Positions 24,735-34,360 of a stretch of 40,410 nt of DNA are shown here, one piece after another. Numbering within the stretch: the first letter of the stretch is position 1; every line of letters begins with the position of its first letter. Location: positions 1 through 40,410 of the IMG/VR virus record IMGVR_UViG_3300005805_000005; one strand, written 5' to 3'. The notes under the pieces are model-generated. The model did no database searches. It worked only from the letters and a program-made list of their open reading frames with translations, and was not told where the DNA came from. Source of the DNA: a virus. Its lineage: Duplodnaviria; Caudoviricetes. A program made the position numbers and the translations under genes.

Positions 24735-25312
24735 CACGGCACACGCATGCGTAGGTAAGACGAGGTCACGCTGGACGTGACGAAAAGCGCCGTCTGTGTC
24801 TGCGTGACTACTCGGATCGATGCCGTAGTAAGCGTCTGCCCGATCGTGATGGCGCAGTTGTTGGTGTTCAGCGTCGCCGCCAGTGACACGCCGACGACAA
24901 CCTCGTTGAGGCCGCCATCGGAAACGTATGTCCGCTGCTGGGTCTGGTAGACCGCAGCAGTCGCTGCCTCCAAACGTGGAACAACCAGATACCACGCCGT
25001 CCCGTCCTTGCCTACGAGACAGTCCTCGCTCGAGTACGCCGTCAGCGTGATCGGCCAAGAGAGGTTCACGACGCTTGCCGTGACCGCCGGCACGTTTTTG
25101 AACGTGACAGCCTTGCTGCTGCCGATTGGCCACGATCCAGAGAACGTAGCGGCGCGCACCTGTCGCGGTCGCCGGCCGTCGACGAACGGCGCAAATGACA
25201 GCGGTGGTCCGGCCGGCAGCGATGTCTCGGCTGCACGCACGACGCGGGCAATTCGCTCGCTTGACTCGCGAGTGAACTGAACAGCGTCTAAAGGCCTCTT
25301 CTGTCTGGCCAT
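24734..25312 (-). CDS. Putative minor tail protein
   Basis: Synteny; beta-rich. Confidence 0.55.
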   Translation of the reverse strand: MARQKRPLDAVQFTRESSERIARVVRAAETSLPAGPPLSFAPFVDGRRPRQVRAATFSGSWPIGSSKAVTFKNVPAVTASVVNLSWPITLTAYSSEDCLVGKDGTAWYLVVPRLEAATAAVYQTQQRTYVSDGGLNEVVVGVSLAATLNTNNCAITIGQTLTTASIRVVTQTQTALFVTSSVTSSYLRMRVP

Positions 25313-25313
25313 G

Positions 25314-26258
25314 TCAGGTCGGAGGCGTGCCAAACAGCGCCGTGAAGTCCGCCTCCCGGTTCACGCGACGAGTCAGGATGGTCGGCTGGCCGAGAGATTG
25401 GCCGCCGCTGCCGTTTAGCGCAACTGGGTTTGCTGAAGCCACCCACTCGCCGTTTTGAAAATCAAACACCATCGCCCGCCGTTTTTCAGTTCCGTTGAGA
25501 AAGTTCCAGCCAACGTCTGGCACGAGCAGTGCCCACCCGGTTTGGCGGTACATGAACTCAAACGAAGCATCCCAGTATGTGTACGTGACGCCGTTGAAGA
25601 GTTCTGTCGTGCGCCTTGCGTTGACTCCTGTGACCTTCCACGCCCAGGCCGAGGCTCCCCACCACGTCGCGTTGTTCAGACTGTTCATCGCGTTCATACC
25701 CGCAAAAAAATCGGCACTGTCCCTGCCCGCAGGGCCGAGAGCGTCTGTCGCATAGTTTTGCCGGAGCGTGGCCTTCACCATGCTCTCCTCGGCGGTCAGT
25801 CCTTGTATGTAGTCGTATGCGGAGTTGGTCAGCGATCGTCGGTCGTCATTGCCACTACCGGGATTGCCGTGGTAATAGAACAACGCTGGCACCTGCCCCT
25901 GCGTACCTTCTAGCGACCACTCGGGGGATCGTGACGTTGGTGCGACGACATCGTTGGCGGTCAGTTCTCCGTATTCCGCAACGACCTCAACGTGGTACGG
26001 CGAGTCTCCGTAGCGTTCGTTGACCTGCACTTTGCGGAGATAGGCGAACGACAAATCTGGGTGCACGTCGCCAAACGACGACATTGAACCGAACCCCGCG
26101 TTACCGATGGCGTCAAATATGTCATCGACGCTGTTGGTCGGATTGCCCTGCAGAGTGTCGTCGGACAGTGTGCAAACAAAACGCCGAACGGCAACGCGAT
26201 CAGCCTTGATCTCGTTTTCGTAGGTGCGCGCCAGTTCGCGGACTGATGTGACGCTCAT
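25314..26258 (-). CDS. Putative tail (distal/hub) protein
   Basis: Immediately downstream of the tape measure gene. Confidence 0.6.
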   Translation of the reverse strand: MSVTSVRELARTYENEIKADRVAVRRFVCTLSDDTLQGNPTNSVDDIFDAIGNAGFGSMSSFGDVHPDLSFAYLRKVQVNERYGDSPYHVEVVAEYGELTANDVVAPTSRSPEWSLEGTQGQVPALFYYHGNPGSGNDDRRSLTNSAYDYIQGLTAEESMVKATLRQNYATDALGPAGRDSADFFAGMNAMNSLNNATWWGASAWAWKVTGVNARRTTELFNGVTYTYWDASFEFMYRQTGWALLVPDVGWNFLNGTEKRRAMVFDFQNGEWVASANPVALNGSGGQSLGQPTILTRRVNREADFTALFGTPPT

Positions 26259-26260
26259 GA

Positions 26261-29026
26261 TTATTGCCCGAACGAACTGTAGCCGACGATGGCGACCGGC
26301 TGGTTGAAATAGTTGCTTGCCGCTTGGCCGAGGTTGACGGCGATCTGCTGCAGCAGTTTTGTCTGCAGACGCTGCTGAATCAGCGCCGGGTCTTGCGCGT
26401 TTGCCGTAAGGTCGAGCACCAAGGCGGCACCCTCCTGCGTTCGGATATCGGTGCCGGTGATGGTCTGCGAGCCGAGCGTGTTCAGCTGCCGCAGGCGTTC
26501 TTCCTGACGCTTTGCCTCGGCCTCGGCTGCCTTGCGTTGCTCCTCGAGCACCTTCTGCTGGTACTGAAAAACTTGCTCTTGAATTCGCTGCTGTTCTTTG
26601 GCAACGTTCTCGGCGGCCGTGCGTTGCTGCTCGGCGTACTGCTCTTGCAACCGCAGCGCCTCTTCTTGTGCAGCACGTTCGGCCGAGGCTCGCTCTTCGG
26701 AGGCCTGCGTGCGGCGTCGCTCGGCTTCTTCAATGTTGGCGATCTCGTTGTTGAAAAGCTCTTGTTGTCGCTGAACCTCCGCGTTGAACGCCTCGGCGTT
26801 GAGGATGCCGGCTCGGGCCTGCTCCTGTGCTGCCGCGATGCCCTGCTGCAATCTCAAGGCAGCGTCAAAACCGGCCTGGCCAAACTCTTGCGACTTGGCG
26901 ATCAGCGCGTTGATGTTTTGGTCTACGGCCCGAAATGCGGCTTGAAAGCCTTGGCCGAAACCCTGCTCCAGTGCTTGCTGCTGCTCCTCGAGACGGGCCT
27001 GCAGCTGGTCAAGTTCGGCAAGCCTGGCTACTGCTGATTCAGCAGCTGCAATATTAGCGCTTTCCCTTGCTTCCGCTATTTGCTGTTCAAGTGCGAGTTG
27101 CTGTTCAAGCACAAACGCGATGTCCTCTTGCAGCTTTATTGTGCCATCGTCTTGTTGCAGCAGCGTTTGCAGCCGCTTGCTGTCGGCCTCAGCCTTTCGC
27201 TGCGCTTCGTCAGCGGCACGCTTAGCTTCATCGGCAAGACGCTTGGCGGTCTGCTCGGCAATGCGGACGGATTCTTCGGACGCTTTGCGTGTTTCTTCGG
27301 TAACTTTGCGAATCACTTCTATCTGACGCTCGTACTCGGCTGTTGCGTTTGCAACGCCGCGGGCATATTGCTCTGCGTTTAGCTCTCCAGAATCAGCTTG
27401 CTCTTGAAGGTCTCTAAGCGATTCTTGGAATTGAAACGCCGCCTCAAACCCTGCTTGGCCAAACTCGCTAGCCTTAGCGATGGCACCGTCTAGTGCTCTA
27501 TTGCCATTTTCAATAGCACGCTGGAGATCAGAAAGCGCCCTTGTGTCTTCTTCTATTTCAGCGCGAAATGTTCGAGCATTATCTGACGCCTGTTCCGTGC
27601 TTCCAAAGAATGAATCAAAGACGCCGTTAACATACGCCACGCCATCGCCCAGCGCGTTGAGGCCATCGCCAATGGCGTCAAGCACTGGGGTAAGCACTGC
27701 GCCAATTGCTTGCGCCACACGCGACACCGTGCCAACAAGGTCCGCAAAGAGATTTGAAACCCCTTCGACAATGCCGGCGAAAGGCAGAACAACGTTCTGT
27801 CCAAGCCCTGCCAAGGATGTTTTGACGTTGTCAAAGGCTGTGCCGAGCGAACTAATTCGTTCCCTGTCAACGTCACTGACCGCTGCCGAAAATCGTTTAA
27901 TGGCAGCTTCGCTTTCGGCGATGGCGTTAAAGCTTGGCAACAACGTCAGCCCAGCCTTGCCGAGCGTCTCGGTGGCTAGTGCAGCACGTTTAGCCGGATC
28001 CTCAATTTGCTGCAGCGCGGCGGCTGTTCGCCGCGCCAATGCCGGCGGGTCGATGGTCAGCAGTTCTTCTTGCGTGATGCCTAGCTCACGAAATGCAGCG
28101 GCAGCCTTGCCTGTGCCGGTCCTTGCTTCGTTAAGATTGACCGACAACTTCTGAATGCCAGCCGCGACCGCGTCGATACTGCCGCCGCTTCTGCGTGCTG
28201 CCTCGTCAAGAATCTGAATCGTCTCGAAGTCTGTGCCAAGCCGCAGGGCAGCATTGCCTAGTGCCTCAATACGGCCTTCAAGGTTGGCTAGCCCTCTCGT
28301 GATTGCAGTAGCGGCGGCTCCGACACCAGCAATGCCGGCAACGGCTATCGTCAGCGGGTTGGCAAGGCTGGCCAGCTGCGACGACAGCGAAGCAATGCCA
28401 GAGCGCAGGCCACTGCCGAAAACGCGATTCAGCCCCTCGGTGGCGCTGGCGATTCCTGAAAATCGGCCGGCAATGTTTCCAAGCGGCCCAGGCAACACGG
28501 CGAGAATGCCGCTGAGTTCGTTCAGCTGCAGTCCTTGCCTTTCCAGTTGGTCGGCGTAGCCATCTGCCGACCGCGTTGCTTTCTCAAACTCAGTTTCTGC
28601 CTTTGCAACGGCCCGAGCGTGAGTCTCTTCAGAGATAGCGCCAATCGCAACTAATCTGTTCAGCCGCTCAAGTTCTGCTGCTCTTTGTTCTTCAGCAGTC
28701 CTGACCTGATTGGTGACTTGCACTCCATCAGCAAAAGCACTAGCTGTGTCTCGGACCTCCTGTTGCAATGCCTGAAATTGGTCGGCATACGCCTGCGCGT
28801 TTAGGCCACCCTGCAGCTGCTGTGCTAGCTGTGCAAACTTCTCATTAAGTTGGCCTTGGGCGGTAGCGGCTGCCTGATTCGTTTTTGCAAACTGATCAAA
28901 AACCGCAGTAGTTTTTTCGGCCTGCTTGCCAAGGTTTTCAAGAGCCCTCTCGGCGGGCGTGAGGTTTTTCGCCACGCCGGAGGCGTCGGCGGAAACCTTC
29001 ATCGCTAGCGAGAGAATGTTGGCCAT
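26261..29026 (-). CDS. Tail tape measure protein
   Basis: 921 aa, Ala/Gln-rich helical, follows the chaperone pair. Confidence 0.9.
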   Translation of the reverse strand: MANILSLAMKVSADASGVAKNLTPAERALENLGKQAEKTTAVFDQFAKTNQAAATAQGQLNEKFAQLAQQLQGGLNAQAYADQFQALQQEVRDTASAFADGVQVTNQVRTAEEQRAAELERLNRLVAIGAISEETHARAVAKAETEFEKATRSADGYADQLERQGLQLNELSGILAVLPGPLGNIAGRFSGIASATEGLNRVFGSGLRSGIASLSSQLASLANPLTIAVAGIAGVGAAATAITRGLANLEGRIEALGNAALRLGTDFETIQILDEAARRSGGSIDAVAAGIQKLSVNLNEARTGTGKAAAAFRELGITQEELLTIDPPALARRTAAALQQIEDPAKRAALATETLGKAGLTLLPSFNAIAESEAAIKRFSAAVSDVDRERISSLGTAFDNVKTSLAGLGQNVVLPFAGIVEGVSNLFADLVGTVSRVAQAIGAVLTPVLDAIGDGLNALGDGVAYVNGVFDSFFGSTEQASDNARTFRAEIEEDTRALSDLQRAIENGNRALDGAIAKASEFGQAGFEAAFQFQESLRDLQEQADSGELNAEQYARGVANATAEYERQIEVIRKVTEETRKASEESVRIAEQTAKRLADEAKRAADEAQRKAEADSKRLQTLLQQDDGTIKLQEDIAFVLEQQLALEQQIAEARESANIAAAESAVARLAELDQLQARLEEQQQALEQGFGQGFQAAFRAVDQNINALIAKSQEFGQAGFDAALRLQQGIAAAQEQARAGILNAEAFNAEVQRQQELFNNEIANIEEAERRRTQASEERASAERAAQEEALRLQEQYAEQQRTAAENVAKEQQRIQEQVFQYQQKVLEEQRKAAEAEAKRQEERLRQLNTLGSQTITGTDIRTQEGAALVLDLTANAQDPALIQQRLQTKLLQQIAVNLGQAASNYFNQPVAIVGYSSFGQ

Positions 29027-29028
29027 GA

Positions 29029-29322
29029 TTACTGCTCAAAGATGCCGGCGAGTTTTGCGAGCTCCCGGGCCATCTCCTCTGTCGTCTGCGGCGGTTTCTC
29101 AGTCGGTACGAAGTCGGACGCCTTTGGTGCTTTGCCTCGCTCGCTGTACGGTGCGAGCACGGCACTGGTGAGCAAGCCTGTCTGCTGCCACGGATCCGGC
29201 AGAGCGTGGTAGTAGCGGGTGAAGGCCACCCATTCCGACAGCTCCTGCGAATCCATGCGGCGAGACAGTTCACGCACCGTCATGCCTAGATGCCCGGCGA
29301 GGCGGAACAAAAACCTCCGCAT
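29029..29322 (-). CDS. Tail assembly chaperone, frameshift extension (gpT-like)
   Basis: LAGHLGMTVREL..MDSQELSEW; in the -1 frame of the upstream gene. Confidence 0.8.
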   Translation of the reverse strand: MRRFLFRLAGHLGMTVRELSRRMDSQELSEWVAFTRYYHALPDPWQQTGLLTSAVLAPYSERGKAPKASDFVPTEKPPQTTEEMARELAKLAGIFEQ

Positions 29323-29333
29323 CGGCCGGGTCT

Positions 29334-29711
29334 TTAGTTTTTTGCTAGTTCCTCCACGTCGCTTTCGGTCATGTTGTTGTGTTTCATCGCCTTATCAAAC
29401 AGCTTGGTCACAACGGCCGACGACTTCTTGGCCAGCCGCTTGATGCCATCCTCGTCAAACAGCCTGTCGCCGCTTTCGGGATGACACAGGCAGCGGGCGA
29501 GGTACTTCGTGCGGAAGTTTTCGATCCCACGTTCCTTGTTGCCAATCCACTCCTGCTCGTAGGAATCACGCTCCTCGACGGTCATGACTCGGATACCAAG
29601 CACCAGCGGTTTGCCGTCCTTGTCCTTCCATTCGCGGACTGTGACCTTGAGCACCGACAGGTCGTCGGCAGCGAGGATCTGGGCTGCAAGCTCTTCGACT
29701 GACAGGGGCAT
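29334..29711 (-). CDS. Tail assembly chaperone (gpG-like)
   Basis: Synteny; ends ELAKN at the slippery site. Confidence 0.8.
   Translation of the reverse strand: MPLSVEELAAQILAADDLSVLKVTVREWKDKDGKPLVLGIRVMTVEERDSYEQEWIGNKERGIENFRTKYLARCLCHPESGDRLFDEDGIKRLAKKSSAVVTKLFDKAMKHNNMTESDVEELAKN
29337..29343 (-). other. Programmed -1 frameshift slippery site A AAA AAC
   Basis: GCA AAA AAC TAA; the -1 frame is open into LKTRPMRRF. Confidence 0.8.
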
Positions 29712-29720
29712 GATCTACTC

Positions 29721-30038
29721 CTAGGGCTGGACGCGCAGCGTGACTCCGTAGCGGGCCACGTCGTTGACGTTGCCTTCAAGCGTCAACCGCTCGAGCACCG
29801 CTGTGGCCCTGTAGGCAAACCCGCCACCGGCGATGGTGACGAGCGAGCGCACGCCGTAGTTGGCAGTCGAGATGTTGGCCGTGTGAAAGCACGACATCTC
29901 TATAGTGCCTAGGTCAAGCGTCCATGTGCTGTCGCGAGCCAGCGGCAGGGCGTTGCCATGCGTAACCTTCAGCGAGGAAACCTCGCCAAAGTTCACGCTG
30001 TTCCACGTCGCCGTCACGCCCGCAGAGTAGGTAGCCAT
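29721..30038 (-). CDS. Small tail tube-like protein
   Basis: Beta-rich; between the tail gene and chaperone. Confidence 0.5.
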   Translation of the reverse strand: MATYSAGVTATWNSVNFGEVSSLKVTHGNALPLARDSTWTLDLGTIEMSCFHTANISTANYGVRSLVTIAGGGFAYRATAVLERLTLEGNVNDVARYGVTLRVQP

Positions 30039-30056
30039 GACGGTCCTCCGTCGTGG

Positions 30057-30455
30057 CTAGCTGCGAGCGATGCGAACCGTGACCTGGCCTCGGATGGCGT
30101 CCTGCGTTGCCAGAGTCAGCGTCGAGCTCTGCACCGTGCCTGCACGAGTCAGCAGCGAAGAACCGCCGACAGTGATGGTCAACGTGCCGGTCGCACGGTC
30201 AGCAATCAGAGTCTTCCCGACGTAGTCAAACTGCACGGTCTGTCCGGTGTCGCCTGACACCGAGCCAGCCAGCGGCAGGTCGAGGGTCTTGGCAGTCTCG
30301 CCGGCAGTCTGGCCCAGATGGGCCACGTTGATCTTGTCCTCCTCCGCAGTCGGATCCGTCGCCGAAACGACGATGTTCGTCACGGTGTAGACCGTGCTGG
30401 TCGAGGGCCAGCTGACAACTGTACCGGCACCATCATGCGGCGTCTCGAACGGCAT
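30057..30455 (-). CDS. Putative major tail tube protein
   Basis: Thr-rich, KINVAHLG motif, follows the tail terminator. Confidence 0.6.
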   Translation of the reverse strand: MPFETPHDGAGTVVSWPSTSTVYTVTNIVVSATDPTAEEDKINVAHLGQTAGETAKTLDLPLAGSVSGDTGQTVQFDYVGKTLIADRATGTLTITVGGSSLLTRAGTVQSSTLTLATQDAIRGQVTVRIARS

Positions 30456-30458
30456 CGC

Positions 30459-30878
30459 TTATATCTCCTGCCAGAGGACGGAATACTGCTGGTTGACGGT
30501 CAAAATCGGCGGCAGGTCGCCACCCGCGAGTTGCACCACGCCGTCAGACTCGGTGTCTAGCGACACGTTGCGAACGCTCACGTAGTTTGCCACGCTCGTG
30601 CCGTATCCATCCAGAACCGCACGGCACTTGTCGGCGATGTCTCGGGCCTCGCCATACGTCTCTGCGTACACGTCCACGGCCACCACAACCACGCTCATGC
30701 CCATCGGGCCGGCGAGCGTCTGCGACCTCTGGACGCCAGTGCGTCGCCACGTCACGAACGGCAGCGAAGCCGAGGCCGGCGCAACCACCGGAAAGATTCG
30801 CTGGCCGACAGATGATGCCACCGCAGGGTCGGCCACCAAGGCGTTGGCCAGCAGCTGCTCTGGGGATTTTAGCGGCAT
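30459..30878 (-). CDS. Tail completion/terminator (DUF3168-like)
   Basis: VGQRIFPVVAP..LPFVTW..VDVYAETYGEARDIA. Confidence 0.8.
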   Translation of the reverse strand: MPLKSPEQLLANALVADPAVASSVGQRIFPVVAPASASLPFVTWRRTGVQRSQTLAGPMGMSVVVVAVDVYAETYGEARDIADKCRAVLDGYGTSVANYVSVRNVSLDTESDGVVQLAGGDLPPILTVNQQYSVLWQEI

Positions 30879-30880
30879 GG

Positions 30881-31645
30881 TTATCCTCCGATGACGCCAG
30901 TAATGGTCCCAGTGCTGGACCGCGTAATCTTGTCCAGGGCGGCCTCTAGCGAGATGGCAAGCTCTTGCTGCAGGATCTGTGCCATCTGGCCACGCGACCG
31001 CTCGTATGCTGTCCGCAACGGTGGCACGCCAGACACGCCGCCTGGCTGAACGGCAGGAAGCCGAAGCACCTGGCCCTTCTTGCCTTTCTTAAAAAAGGCG
31101 TACGGCTGGTCAGTCGATCCGTCTTCATTCAGGCCGAACTCACCACGCTTGTTCCAGCTGGACGCGATTGATGCCCCTTGGCCAGCCTGCACCGTGTGGG
31201 CCGAGACGTTGGCGACCTTGCCGGATTTCATGCGGCGAGTATGTGCGTTCCTCTCATACGGCTTGGTGCCGGTGTTCTTGATGACTCGCTCCTTGGTGCC
31301 GAACTCAAGCCACCACTGATGGAAGCCGCGCTTCTTGCCAAGCCGCACGCTTCCAGGCCCGGCCAGTGCCGTCCCTGCTTCGCGCTGCGACTGTTCGTAT
31401 CCGACGAGCCCAACAGCGCCGCCGTCTTTGGGATATGGCTTGACCTTGGTGGCGATTGCTCGCTTGAGGTTTCCGGTCGGCCCGACCGGAGTCACGGCCA
31501 CCAGTGCCTGCTTTCCAGGCTCGACCGCTTTTTTCAACGCAGCGGCCAGAATGGCCGAAAGACCCTTGTTGTCGAACAAGTTCCCGAGCGCCTCTTTGGT
31601 GGCGGCGATCTCAGAGGCGTCAAGGCTTATTGTGATGAACGACAT
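30881..31645 (-). CDS. HK97 gp10-like neck protein
   Basis: PVGPTGNLKRAI, WLEFGT; synteny. Confidence 0.75.
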   Translation of the reverse strand: MSFITISLDASEIAATKEALGNLFDNKGLSAILAAALKKAVEPGKQALVAVTPVGPTGNLKRAIATKVKPYPKDGGAVGLVGYEQSQREAGTALAGPGSVRLGKKRGFHQWWLEFGTKERVIKNTGTKPYERNAHTRRMKSGKVANVSAHTVQAGQGASIASSWNKRGEFGLNEDGSTDQPYAFFKKGKKGQVLRLPAVQPGGVSGVPPLRTAYERSRGQMAQILQQELAISLEAALDKITRSSTGTITGVIGG

Positions 31646-31962
31646 CAGACGGCCTCTTGGCAGATAAGTTCGTGCTCGGTGCGGTTGTCGTGCTCGAGGA
31701 TCGAGACAATTTCAAGCACGCGGCCACGCCAAGAAAGCCGCATCTGCTGCGTCAGCCCGCTCAAATACCGCATCCGTACGCGATGGCTGGCCTCGGTCTG
31801 CTGCTGGCCCTGCAGGAAATACTCGCGAGCCGAAATGCCTTCCACGCTAGCCCAGCGTGTGGCGTAAGTGCCCCATGTCTGCGTTACCTCTCCGAGAGGC
31901 GTGCGGTTTTCCGTAGCCTGCTGCACGGCCACGCGCTCTCGCAACCGGCCAGCGATTATCAC
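31645..31962 (-). CDS. Head-tail adaptor/closure (SPP1 gp16-like)
   Basis: AGRLRERV..WASVE..SARE..VRMRY..MRL..LEIVS. Confidence 0.85.
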   Translation of the reverse strand: MIIAGRLRERVAVQQATENRTPLGEVTQTWGTYATRWASVEGISAREYFLQGQQQTEASHRVRMRYLSGLTQQMRLSWRGRVLEIVSILEHDNRTEHELICQEAV

Positions 31963-32369
31963 GAGTCACCCCAGACGATTACGGTGTACGTTGCAGTGTC
32001 TCCGGTCGGATTGTCCAGGGACGGCACGACAGATGCGTTCACTGGGATGCCAGTTACCGCGACCTCATTGTTTTTTGAATGAATCGTGAATGACTCGTCG
32101 CCGATGTCTGTGAGACTTGCCTCCGTTGCACCCGACCATGAAAACGCAATGCGCCGCGGATCGTTGAGCGTTACCAGTTGGCCGGCGGCATTGCGGTATG
32201 TCGCCCACGAAATCGGCAACTCGTACGTGTTCGCGGCCGCAGTGCCGGTTATGCGAACGCATACACCGCTGCCGTAGCCGGTGCTGGACTCAAGCGACAG
32301 CACTTTCAGACGACTGCCAGAAGTGTCGTGAAACAAAGCGTCAACAGTGATTCGGCCGTCGATGCTCAT
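31959..32369 (-). CDS. Hypothetical virion protein, paralog A
   Basis: MSIDGRITVDALFHD..YRNAAG.LV..YTVIVWG. Confidence 0.7.
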   Translation of the reverse strand: MSIDGRITVDALFHDTSGSRLKVLSLESSTGYGSGVCVRITGTAAANTYELPISWATYRNAAGQLVTLNDPRRIAFSWSGATEASLTDIGDESFTIHSKNNEVAVTGIPVNASVVPSLDNPTGDTATYTVIVWGDS

Positions 32370-32758
32370 GATCCGTAGATGATGACCGTATACGTGCCGG
32401 TGGTGAGGGATTGCATTGTGATTCCGTACTCGGCTTGCACAGGAAATATCAACACCTTTCCAGCCGGCGGAAACAATCGCAGTGCATAGTTTCCGTTATC
32501 ATCTGTCTGCCATACCTGACAACTGCCAGAGTGGGAAAACGCCACGAGTTCTGGAGAGATCGATACCAGTGCGCCTGATGCATCTCGGTACTGATCCACA
32601 GGCAATGGAATAGTGCCAACCGATGCGGTACCGCTGACGGATATGACTTTTCCGCTTGTGTACGCAGTGCTGCTGCTTAAAGTCAGCACATTGATCGCGT
32701 TCGTCCCGTCCTTGTCGTGAAACAAAGCGTCGACAATGATGCGGCCCTCAACGCTCAT
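32366..32758 (-). CDS. Hypothetical virion protein, paralog B
   Basis: MSVEGRIIVDALFHD..YRDASG.LV..YTVIIYG. Confidence 0.7.
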   Translation of the reverse strand: MSVEGRIIVDALFHDKDGTNAINVLTLSSSTAYTSGKVISVSGTASVGTIPLPVDQYRDASGALVSISPELVAFSHSGSCQVWQTDDNGNYALRLFPPAGKVLIFPVQAEYGITMQSLTTGTYTVIIYGS

Positions 32759-33351
32759 CGGTACGAGCCCCAGCGTTGTGAGTCGAGCAGGGCTTTTACG
32801 CCGAACGGCACATCAACACTGCCTGCGTTGTCAGCCGCGGCACGGCGCTCGTACAGCGTCCCGACAACCATCAAGATCGCGTGCCTGATGGCGGCCGGCA
32901 CGCTTGAGCCCGTGGCCCCGTAGCCAGCCCACCACGTCACCGTGACGGCGTTGTAGTCGTCTAGGTTTGCCGGCCACGTCCCGCTTCGCAGCTGCCGCAC
33001 CACGCCAGGCGTTGCCTGCCTGTCTACGCGGTAGGCAGTCGCGGACAGTGCCGCAGTGGATTCGTCGCCGAGCGTGTACGTAACTGCCACTGCCGTGGTC
33101 GTGCCGCTGGTCGCCATCGGCGGCCGCGGAAGCTCAATCTCGTAGGGAAACGAGTCGAGCCGTAGGGTCCATTGCGTACTAACCAGCGTCCGGTCTACGT
33201 ACTCTTCGACCCATTGCCTAGCGGCCGTGATGAGCGTGCCGATATAGGTATCGTCGTCGCTCGTATCCACACGAAGATGAGCCTTGGCCTCAGCGACGGT
33301 GACGGGCTCAACGGCCGGTGCGGTCGTCCTGGTCAGGCTGCGGTACTGCAC
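32755..33351 (-). CDS. Head-tail connector (HK97 gp6-like)
   Basis: EPVTVAEAKAHLRVD..DD.YI..LI.AAR, AGYG..VPAAIRHAIL. Confidence 0.9.
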   Translation of the reverse strand: MQYRSLTRTTAPAVEPVTVAEAKAHLRVDTSDDDTYIGTLITAARQWVEEYVDRTLVSTQWTLRLDSFPYEIELPRPPMATSGTTTAVAVTYTLGDESTAALSATAYRVDRQATPGVVRQLRSGTWPANLDDYNAVTVTWWAGYGATGSSVPAAIRHAILMVVGTLYERRAAADNAGSVDVPFGVKALLDSQRWGSYR

Positions 33352-33547
33352 GGGGTCTTCCTCGTTTTCGTGGCGTGGCGTCGGCAGTCTCGGCCACATG
33401 CTCGACTGCGGCCGTCTCAATCGTCTGCTGCTTGTCCTCGACGGCCAGCCCTCGCTGAATCCAATCGTTCGCCATGCCGTCCGGGGCGTCCTCAAGCACC
33501 TGGCCACGGCGGTAATGGCGGTAGCTCATCAACATTCTGATTTTCAT
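33308..33547 (-). CDS. Small head-associated hypothetical protein
   Basis: WIQRGLAVE..KRGRPR; typical post-capsid small gene. Confidence 0.65.
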   Translation of the reverse strand: MKIRMLMSYRHYRRGQVLEDAPDGMANDWIQRGLAVEDKQQTIETAAVEHVAETADATPRKRGRPRAVPQPDQDDRTGR

Positions 33548-34284
33548 TATTTGCCTACGCTCCATGCAGTTTCTGGCCGTTGTCCGCCGTTGTTGGTGAA
33601 CTCGGTCGTCCACTGAAACGAGGGCTTTGTCAGATCCTTGCCGGGCCAGGTCACCACGTATTCGCCGTGGCCAATCACGACTCGCGGCGTGATAAATACA
33701 CGGTTGCCGCTTTCGCGCCAGTTCTTCCAAAACCAGATATCAGGGTCGAGTCGGCCGTCGTTCCATGAGTTGTCAGGGCCGGGCCGGCTGTGAAACCAAG
33801 GCTTTCTGCATCGCTTCAAAGCAGCTGTGCTGATGACCGTCAGGCCAAAGTGTGCCGTGTCCACCTCCTGCACGGGCTCGCCAAACCAGCCAGCAGGGAC
33901 GCTCGTCTGGCCGCCTGGAGGCGGATTGTCCAGCGTCCCCTTAAGCGTCAGCATCGGGCGGCCGTCCTCGCGTTTCGTCTGCATGCCAGTGATGGCGTCG
34001 CACTGAAACGTCATCGCCATCGCAAACAGCGTCTCAACATCTTCGCGCGTGAAAAAACTGTCGTAGTCGATCGTCAGCAAATACTCGGCTTTGTCGATGA
34101 ATTGCTCCATCACGCGGGTATTGACCTGATCCCAGAACGCCCCGGTGCCCATCGTCGGCCGGATGCCGAGCGGCATCAGCGCCTGAGCCCACGAAAAGAA
34201 GTTAGACGTGAAGCCGAGCCGAGGCATGGAAAGAATCGCCTCGACGCGAATATCGACCTGCGTATCACCGACACGCACCAGCAT
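33547..34284 (-). CDS. GT-A fold glycosyltransferase-like protein in the head module
   Basis: YLLTIDYD (DxD), AHFGLTVI, KPWF, DPDIWFW, IGH. Confidence 0.65.
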   Translation of the reverse strand: MLVRVGDTQVDIRVEAILSMPRLGFTSNFFSWAQALMPLGIRPTMGTGAFWDQVNTRVMEQFIDKAEYLLTIDYDSFFTREDVETLFAMAMTFQCDAITGMQTKREDGRPMLTLKGTLDNPPPGGQTSVPAGWFGEPVQEVDTAHFGLTVISTAALKRCRKPWFHSRPGPDNSWNDGRLDPDIWFWKNWRESGNRVFITPRVVIGHGEYVVTWPGKDLTKPSFQWTTEFTNNGGQRPETAWSVGK

Positions 34285-34297
34285 GAGCACCTCGCAA

Positions 34298-34335
34298 CAA
34301 CGAAAACGGGCGGCCCACTTCGCGTGAGCCGCCCG
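34298..34335 (-). terminator. Rho-independent terminator after capsid/decoration genes
   Basis: CGGGCGGCTCAC-loop-GTGGGCCGCCCG followed by TTTTCGTTG. Confidence 0.6.
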
Positions 34336-34360
34336 CCTAGAGTCGCAGGGCTGTCAAGCG

